Source: an uncultured archaeon (lineage in GTDB: Archaea; Asgardarchaeota; Lokiarchaeia; Sigyniarchaeales; SOKP01). From it: a DNA stretch of 35,561 bases. Shown here piece after piece: positions 29,506-35,561 of this stretch. The position numbers and the translations under genes are program-made. The notes under the pieces were generated by a model. It searched no databases, was not told the DNA's origin, and was given only the letters and a program-made list of their open reading frames with translations. Location of the stretch: positions 4,893-40,453 of the forward strand of contig CAZWEM010000045.1 in NCBI GenBank assembly GCA_964632315.1, in the 5' to 3' direction. Numbering within the stretch: the first letter of the stretch is position 1; every line of letters begins with the position of its first letter.

Positions 29506-30795
29506 TTATTTTGTTGATTTTAGGGGTTGAACATTCTTTATATAGAAAAATGCCACTACTAAACAAGCACCTAGTATATAACTTGCAAAACCAAAAATGC
29601 CGCTATAACCATAGAATTGTATTATAAAGCCCATAATTGAGGCCCCTATTGCACTTCCAAGTATGGATAACGCATTAAATGTTCCTGTTGCATTTCCACG
29701 TTTCTCTTGGGGAACTATATCAAGTACTAATGCTGATAATGGAGGATTTATAAATGAAATTCCAAGCATCAGACATAATACCAACGGAACAAGTAACATT
29801 TCTAAAGTAAAAGTTAAAAGAATTGCAGATGGAATTCCAATAACTAGACCAATCAAAACAGCTCCTTTTCTCCCGATTTTATCAGAAATCATCCCAGAAA
29901 AGAGTGATCCTCCAAAAAATATTATGATCCCCGGAATAAAAACAATAATCATTTGAATAATTGTATATCCAAAATGTTCAAGTAATAAAGGTGCAAATGC
30001 AAAGAATCCCCCCATAATACTATTTACAAGAAAATTGATAAATGAACTGGGTAATATCTTTACAAATTGATAAGATTTATCTTGGTTTTTATCCAGATTT
30101 TTTTTATCTGTTACCTTTTGATCATTAGTAACTAAATCTTCTTGAACATTGGTGAAATTTATATTTTCATTAGTGTCTTTAACAAACTTTACTTTTGTTG
30201 GAAGTGTTTCTTTTAAGAATAAAAAGAGTATAATAGCAGAGATAATTGCTAGCCCTGCGCCTATATAAAATGGCATCCGTAAACTAAATAATCCAGCAAG
30301 TATAATTCCTAATGGGAGGCCTACTATTGTTCCTATGCCGTATATGAGGCTAAACCACCCCATTATAGTCCCTCTTTTTTTTCTCTGGAAAATATCGCCC
30401 AAACAAGCTTGTATTACTGATATCAATGCTGATACACCTTGAATTGAACGATAAATAATAAATTCAAGAATTGTATGTGAAAAAGAAATCATTATAGAGC
30501 CAAATGCATAAATTACAGCAGATATAAGCATGAGGCTTCGTCTCCCATAACGATCAGACAGCCTTCCAAACGGTACTTGAGATATGGTTTGAGTTAAACC
30601 AAAAACACCCACGGCAAACCCCGTCAAAATGACAGACTCTGAAAGGCTCTCCGCAATTAAAGGGAGGCTAATATTATAAAGGTTATATCCTAAACTTCTA
30701 ACTAGTTCGCTGAAGAACAGTGTATATGTTATTCTTTTCGCGAATTTCGATTCGAAAAGTTTTGATTTGCTATTTATGGTTGTATTATCCTTGAT
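29506..30795 (-). CDS. MFS transporter (DHA1/TetA-like); 5' end extended beyond the ORF-track start at 30627
   Basis: Motif A GRLSDRYGRR and SDKIGRK. Frame is open upstream to a TAA at 30814-30816 and encodes a TM1-like helix (TLFFSELVRSLGYNLYNISLPLIA). The start given (ATC) is tentative. Confidence 0.8.
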   Translation of the reverse strand: MKDNTTINSKSKLFESKFAKRITYTLFFSELVRSLGYNLYNISLPLIAESLSESVILTGFAVGVFGLTQTISQVPFGRLSDRYGRRSLMLISAVIYAFGSIMISFSHTILEFIIYRSIQGVSALISVIQACLGDIFQRKKRGTIMGWFSLIYGIGTIVGLPLGIILAGLFSLRMPFYIGAGLAIISAIILFLFLKETLPTKVKFVKDTNENINFTNVQEDLVTNDQKVTDKKNLDKNQDKSYQFVKILPSSFINFLVNSIMGGFFAFAPLLLEHFGYTIIQMIIVFIPGIIIFFGGSLFSGMISDKIGRKGAVLIGLVIGIPSAILLTFTLEMLLVPLVLCLMLGISFINPPLSALVLDIVPQEKRGNATGTFNALSILGSAIGASIMGFIIQFYGYSGIFGFASYILGACLVVAFFYIKNVQPLKSTK

Positions 30796-30975
30796 TAAAT
30801 TACTTTTTCGCGATTACGATCACTATTTTTACTTAAATAATATAATTGAAAGAAAAACCTACATAATTAAAAGATTTAGACTAAAATTTATACTAAAAGA
30901 ATTTGTGATTGATTTATAAGTGAAGCAAGTAGAAGAATCAAATCCAATTATGGAGTATTTAAAATTTTGACTCTT

Positions 30976-32061
30976 TCATATAAGATTTTCTTCCAACATG
31001 GTTTTATTTACATCAACTCCTAATCCCGGTTTATCTAACGCGCTCACATAGCCATTTATGCACTTAATTGGTTCTTCGAGAATTTGATATTCATCTGGAA
31101 TGAAGGGAAATTCACACCATTCGCATCTTGTAGACATGATAAAATGAAGATTCGCCGCAGTAATATGACCAAATGCAAAAATGTGTGGAATGCATTGCAC
31201 TGCGTTAACTTCTGCCATAGCATCAATTTTTTTCAATTGTAAAAATCCTCCGCTTCGAGTTACATCAGGTTGAACAATATCAAACGCTCCTCGAGACAAT
31301 ATATCTTCGAACCGAAAAATACCCATATCATTTTCTCCTCCAGCAATCTGTACGGGTGATAGTTCTCGTAATTTTGCAAGACCATTAAGATTATCTGTGG
31401 GTATGGGCTCTTCCAACCAAGTCACATTGTATTTATCGCAAATTTTTGCAACCTTTAGTGCTTCGTGCACAGATTGATATGCTGAATTAGCATCTACCAT
31501 GATATCAATGTCAGGGAAAGCATCTCTAACTTCTCTTATAATATTCTCATCTTTATTAGGACCATTACCAATTCTTAATTTTACCGCTTGAAATCCCCCA
31601 AGCTCAGGTTCAAGAGCGGGCCCCACAGCACCTACAACCGCTTTAGCTTTATATCCTCTAGGCATTGAAGCATATGCTTTTACTTTCTTCTTGCGCCCTC
31701 CAAGTAGTTTGTATATTGGTTGTTTTGTAGCTTTACCAATAATATCCCAGCAAGCAATCTCTACCGCAGAAGTAGCTTGAGGAATTCCAAACATTATGCG
31801 ATTTGTATTTTGATACATTTCATGGTAAATTTCTTCAACCATAAAGGGATCTTTTTTTAACACTATTTTTTTTAATGCTTCTTCAATAAAAACCTGCTGT
31901 GCTCTATTACTCAAATTCCAATGGGAGAGTGCCCAACCATCAATTCCCTCATCTGTAATTAGCTGCGTGTACAATCCACCAGCTTGAAGGCGCGGCATGC
32001 TTCCAATCTTGATCTTAAAGTCAAGTTGTAGCAAATGAGTTTTAATGTCAGTAATAATCAT
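30976..32061 (-). CDS. Mandelate racemase/muconate-lactonizing enzyme family protein (enolase superfamily; acid-sugar dehydratase-like)
   Basis: SAVEIACWDI.GK...PIYKLLGG, KLRIG, metal ligands MVDAN, WLEEP, GGEN, QPD, PH. Confidence 0.9.
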   Translation of the reverse strand: MIITDIKTHLLQLDFKIKIGSMPRLQAGGLYTQLITDEGIDGWALSHWNLSNRAQQVFIEEALKKIVLKKDPFMVEEIYHEMYQNTNRIMFGIPQATSAVEIACWDIIGKATKQPIYKLLGGRKKKVKAYASMPRGYKAKAVVGAVGPALEPELGGFQAVKLRIGNGPNKDENIIREVRDAFPDIDIMVDANSAYQSVHEALKVAKICDKYNVTWLEEPIPTDNLNGLAKLRELSPVQIAGGENDMGIFRFEDILSRGAFDIVQPDVTRSGGFLQLKKIDAMAEVNAVQCIPHIFAFGHITAANLHFIMSTRCEWCEFPFIPDEYQILEEPIKCINGYVSALDKPGLGVDVNKTMLEENLI

Positions 32062-32174
32062 TTTAATATCCTTCCTTTTACAATTTAAATTTATTTTTTC
32101 ATAAAAGCTTTTAGACGAATAATTATTTAATTCTTTAGATATTATAAAAATATAATCAGACTCTTCTCAACAAA

Positions 32175-33206
32175 ATGGGAGAACTAAAAAAATCAAATAG
32201 AGACATCTGTGAGGGGCTCACGGATATTTACTTGATGTATTTTGACGAAGCTCGAGGACACGTCCCACTCTTTATCTATCCAGAAGAAAAGTTCAGTGAT
32301 TTAGTCCATAATAAAACGTTCATGCGTCCAATTAAATATCACCCAATATGGTTCTTAACTGTAGATGAACAAGAAGCTTTGGACCATATAGATTTAGAAT
32401 TTAAAGGTTATACCTTTTTTGGGAAAAAGTTTTTCGCAAAATCAAAGAGAAAGAAGAAACGTGCTGGATTAGATGATGAGACACCTGAAACTATCATAAT
32501 TATCATATCCCTACCTAATGAAGTAGAAATATTTGGAGATGACTTAATTAGACTGTTAACTAAAAGAATTATCGACCATTTTGGAGACAAATTATATGAA
32601 CTAATTGAATATGAAAACGTAAAAGATGAGGTAATTAAAACTCCTAGGATCAAAGAAATCATCGTTGAGGGAGAAAAAATTAAAAAAAGATTGGAGAACC
32701 TCATTTCAACGACTTGCGGACAATATTTTAGTTCTGTCATAAAAGAAACAGATACAAATTCGATTAAGCAGCAAAAGGCTCTTTCCTACCTAGCTTTGAA
32801 AGGAGTTGATGTTTCTCACTTGGCTTCTGGTGAGAAAGACAGCACTTTTTCGAATATAAAACTATTTGATCCATCTACAAGAAATAAAGAAGCCTTAAAA
32901 CTAAACTATCCATTTAATATCTCCGAAATTGGGATTATTGGAGATAGCCACGAGTTAGAAATAATTGTGCAAAATACTACTGATGAAGAAATCAGAGATG
33001 TTATTGTAAAAATTACTCATGTGAAGGAATTTTTCGAGAAAGAAATTATGAGTCAATTAGTTGATGAATGGTTTCCTCAAGAAGAACTTGTTTTTTTATC
33101 ACCTATTACTCCTCAAGTGAATGAGTATCTTTTCTTTATAATAGATAACGAGACTGAAAAAAGACTTTTGTCTCAAAAAATTGATATTAACATTTTAACT
33201 AAATAA
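32175..33206 (+). CDS. Hypothetical protein with putative longin/uDENN-like N-terminus and beta-sandwich-like C-terminus
   Basis: YLMYFDEARGHVPLFIYP resembles the FD...G.....YP opening of uDENN/longin domains; LEIIVQNTT.EEIRDV.VKI resembles an Ig-like strand pattern. Confidence 0.5.
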   Translation: MGELKKSNRDICEGLTDIYLMYFDEARGHVPLFIYPEEKFSDLVHNKTFMRPIKYHPIWFLTVDEQEALDHIDLEFKGYTFFGKKFFAKSKRKKKRAGLDDETPETIIIIISLPNEVEIFGDDLIRLLTKRIIDHFGDKLYELIEYENVKDEVIKTPRIKEIIVEGEKIKKRLENLISTTCGQYFSSVIKETDTNSIKQQKALSYLALKGVDVSHLASGEKDSTFSNIKLFDPSTRNKEALKLNYPFNISEIGIIGDSHELEIIVQNTTDEEIRDVIVKITHVKEFFEKEIMSQLVDEWFPQEELVFLSPITPQVNEYLFFIIDNETEKRLLSQKIDINILTK

Positions 33207-33224
33207 AATTGAAAGTGAAAATTC

Positions 33225-33713
33225 ATGTCTAAAGAAGAAATTGATAAAGAAGAAATAATAATTAGGAATTATCGGACTTCGGATTATGAAGCGACTTTAG
33301 AAATATTAAGAGAATTAGATCAAACTTTTCATATTGGATTAAAAGAAGATCAATGGAAACAATCGTCTGGTTTAAGACAATTTAAACCAAACTTGAAACG
33401 CATCACGTTGATCGCAGAATTAAAATCCACTGGAGAGGTTGTTGGAATGGGGATGATTGAAGCATTAAAAAACCCATTAGGACAATATATAGGTTATTTG
33501 AATAATTGGGCTACAAAGCAAGAATATATTGGCATGCAAGTTGGAAAAATCCTTGCAAAGCGAGCTATTAAATTATTAAGATCATGGGGGTGTGAAACTG
33601 TTCGTATAATCGTTGCATGGGGCTTTCCAGAAAAATTACTAAAAGTTTTCGAACAAACAGGATTCAAGCCCATTCAAATCGTGCTTGAAAACAAGTTTGA
33701 GAATGAACAGTAA
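33225..33713 (+). CDS. GNAT-family N-acetyltransferase
   Basis: IIRNYR.SDY, GEVVG, EYIGMQVGK.L, F.QTGF. Confidence 0.8.
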   Translation: MSKEEIDKEEIIIRNYRTSDYEATLEILRELDQTFHIGLKEDQWKQSSGLRQFKPNLKRITLIAELKSTGEVVGMGMIEALKNPLGQYIGYLNNWATKQEYIGMQVGKILAKRAIKLLRSWGCETVRIIVAWGFPEKLLKVFEQTGFKPIQIVLENKFENEQ

Positions 33714-33960
33714 TTATTTTTCTGATTTCCTTACAATTTTTTAATTTTATACCCAAATATTGATCATTTCTTTCAGATTCTTGTTCTGTTATATGAGTAT
33801 CCCCAACATTAAGTCTTCTATAAACTCATTTCAATTCCAAGAATTCCACTCCCAATATTTAGGAAAATTATTTTATTCTAAAAGATAGAAGATATACAAT
33901 ATACAATTTTAGTTAAAAAATTAAAATAAGAATTGATAAAATAAGAGGTTAAAATGAAAA

Positions 33961-35403
33961 ATGCCAATTGGTATTAAAAGTTATGGGGCATATCTTCCAA
34001 AATACATGCTTCCTCGTGAATCAATAGGGAAAGCGTGGGACTTTCCAGTTGTACCGGGAACTAAAGCCGTGGCAATGGAAGATGAGGATAGCTTGACGAT
34101 GTCAGTAGAAGCTGGACTCGATTGTTTGGAAGGAATCAATCCTAAGACGGTTGATGGATTATTTTTCGCATCAACGACTCAGGTTTATACTGAAAAAGAT
34201 TCTGCCTCGCTTATTGCCACCGTACTAGATATGCGAGAAGATATTCTTACTGCTGATTTTTCTGATTCTACTAAAGCTGGAACAACAGCATTAACTCGAG
34301 CAGTTGATACAATAAAGGCAAATGAGGATATTAAAAGCATCCTAGTCGTAGCTGCAGATACAAGAATACCTGAACCCTCCACGATGTGGGAATTTGGATT
34401 TGCTGATGGTGCTGCTGCATTATTAGTTGCAGATGAAGAAAATATCCCAATCTCAATTGATGATTATTATTCTGTTTCCGCAAATACAACGGGTCCTTGG
34501 AAGAGAGCAGATAAGGATGAGTTTATTCGCACGTTTGAAGTTAAAATGGATGCAATGTTTTATACCCAAAGCATGACAAAAGCAATGTCAGAACTCTTGA
34601 AACGCAATGGATTAAAGCCAGAAGATATTAATATTGCTGCATATTATTATAATAATCCCCGAATGCATAGTACAATCTCGAAGATCATGAAATTTGGTCA
34701 AGGAGTCGCTCAAAATAGTATATTCTTTCAAGTAGGAGATACCGGTACTCCTATGCCTTTCATGCTACTCATTGCCAGCCTACGACGTCCTAAACAAGAC
34801 GATAAGATCATTATGGCAGGATTTGGAGACGGTGCCGATGCTATACTCATGCAAGTTAAAGATAAAGATGGTGTACGACAAATTGGTAAAGGCAGAATGG
34901 GTTTCGTAGGGCACCAAAAGTCAATGGCTATCCTTAAAAATTATAACAAGTTCATAGAATTTAAAGAATTACTCAACAAGGATAGATATAAGCGAAAAAG
35001 TTCTGCGGTGACTCTCTGGAGAGACACGGCTTCTGTGTATAAGTGGTACGGGCTAAAATGTAAGAATTGCGGTACTGTTCAGTATCCCGATCTCATGCGT
35101 ACCTGCTCCTTCTGTCGAGCTGATGATCAACTTGAACATGTGAAACTTTCTAAGAAGGGCACAATCTTCACTTTCACGCTCGATCATTTAGTTGGGGGAG
35201 CCTATCTCAACACTCCCGTGCCTCGATGCGTTATTGACCTCGAAGGTGGTGGACGGGTGCTCGTGAACATGACTGAAATCGAAAAACCAGAAGAAAACGT
35301 TAAAATTGGAATGGAAGTCGAAATGACCTTCAGGAAAGAGCATGAAGGGGCTGAATTCAAGAATTATTATTGGAAATGTCGACCCGTGAGGGGGAGACCG
35401 TAA
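33961..35403 (+). CDS. HMG-CoA-synthase-like (thiolase-fold) domain fused to DUF35 zinc-ribbon/OB-fold domain
   Basis: GI.SYGAYLP, KAVA..DEDSLTM.VEA, DGAAA, GDTG, GFGDGADA; C-terminal CKNCG...YP...CSFC and G.IFTFT...GMEVEMTFRK...YYWK. Confidence 0.88.
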   Translation: MPIGIKSYGAYLPKYMLPRESIGKAWDFPVVPGTKAVAMEDEDSLTMSVEAGLDCLEGINPKTVDGLFFASTTQVYTEKDSASLIATVLDMREDILTADFSDSTKAGTTALTRAVDTIKANEDIKSILVVAADTRIPEPSTMWEFGFADGAAALLVADEENIPISIDDYYSVSANTTGPWKRADKDEFIRTFEVKMDAMFYTQSMTKAMSELLKRNGLKPEDINIAAYYYNNPRMHSTISKIMKFGQGVAQNSIFFQVGDTGTPMPFMLLIASLRRPKQDDKIIMAGFGDGADAILMQVKDKDGVRQIGKGRMGFVGHQKSMAILKNYNKFIEFKELLNKDRYKRKSSAVTLWRDTASVYKWYGLKCKNCGTVQYPDLMRTCSFCRADDQLEHVKLSKKGTIFTFTLDHLVGGAYLNTPVPRCVIDLEGGGRVLVNMTEIEKPEENVKIGMEVEMTFRKEHEGAEFKNYYWKCRPVRGRP

Positions 35404-35410
35404 AGGAGGT
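35404..35410 (+). promoter_or_regulatory. Shine-Dalgarno site for the thiolase gene
   Basis: AGGAGGT ending 8 nt before ATG 35419, straight after the upstream stop codon. Confidence 0.7.
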
Positions 35411-35418
35411 AATGAAAA

Positions 35419-35561
35419 ATGGTTAGACATGGTATTAGAGATAAAGTCGCAATTATAGGTTGTGATATGACTAAATATGGCGAGCTTTGGGATAAATCGC
35501 AATATGACCTGCTTTTTGAAGCAGTTCAGAGCGCTACCAAAGACGCTAGAATTAATAAGGA
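35419..35561 (+). CDS. Thiolase / acetyl-CoA acetyltransferase (SCP2-type) N-terminus; runs off the right edge
   Basis: Hand translation MVRHGIRDKVAIIGCDMTKYGELWDKSQYDLLFEAVQSATKDARINK matches the VAIIG...T.FG.........L..EA...A..DA thiolase start; DUF35 context agrees. Confidence 0.85.
   Translation, partial: MVRHGIRDKVAIIGCDMTKYGELWDKSQYDLLFEAVQSATKDARINK

Noticed and set aside
7227-30978. Selenocysteine read-through at TGA stops (aor, hydrolase, amidohydrolase, enolase-family gene)
   Set aside because: Each protein is already family-typical in length at its TGA.
33714-33860. Minus-strand frame LGVEFLELK*VYRRLNVGDTHITEQ... with an in-frame TGA (selenoprotein or gene remnant)
   Set aside because: Short, no redox motif or recognisable family, runs into the convergent GNAT gene, and no SECIS-like hairpin seen.
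33961-35403. Canonical HMG-CoA synthase of the mevalonate pathway
   Set aside because: Catalytic Cys, Glu and His positions appear substituted and the protein carries a DUF35 fusion.
2180-35502. Short 61-110 aa ORFs in the track (e.g. 2180-2386, 4308-4607, 19926-20231, 27776-28075, 32408-32740, 35188-35502)
   Set aside because: They overlap well-supported genes on the opposite strand or in another frame and show no recognisable motifs; treated as shadow ORFs.
1-35561. CRISPR array, IS/transposase, integrase, prophage, tRNA or rRNA
   Set aside because: Intergenic gaps are short and AT-rich with no spaced repeats or GC-rich stems, and no ORF has mobile-element motifs.

Overview
AT-rich (about 30% GC by eye), gene-dense chromosomal window with 28 coding regions, two of them cut by the window edges. 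I saw no rRNA, tRNA, CRISPR array or mobile element. The content points to an Asgard archaeon, probably Lokiarchaeia (inference): longin-like, uDENN-like and roadblock-like proteins, a stand-alone 7TM protein, a tungsten AOR, and a CPxC...CxH zinc-ribbon protein. Main blocks: (i) a shortened UvrA divergent from an AlaX editing protein; (ii) a minus-strand run of ferredoxin, AOR, a sulfite-oxidase-family Moco domain fused to a predicted di-haem cytochrome b561-like membrane domain, a Glu/Leu/Phe/Val dehydrogenase fused to CBS domains, and a sugar isomerase; (iii) a carbohydrate-use neighbourhood (GH2, GH4, NagB-like, amidohydrolase, two GPH-type MFS transporters); (iv) a longin plus 7TM pair; (v) M24 peptidase, SNF2 and SWIM genes; (vi) an MFS gene that appears to need a non-canonical start codon; (vii) an apparently catalytically dead HMG-CoA-synthase-like protein fused to DUF35, followed by a thiolase (PhlACB-like architecture). 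All calls come from motif recognition by eye; no database search was run, so novelty is unverified.
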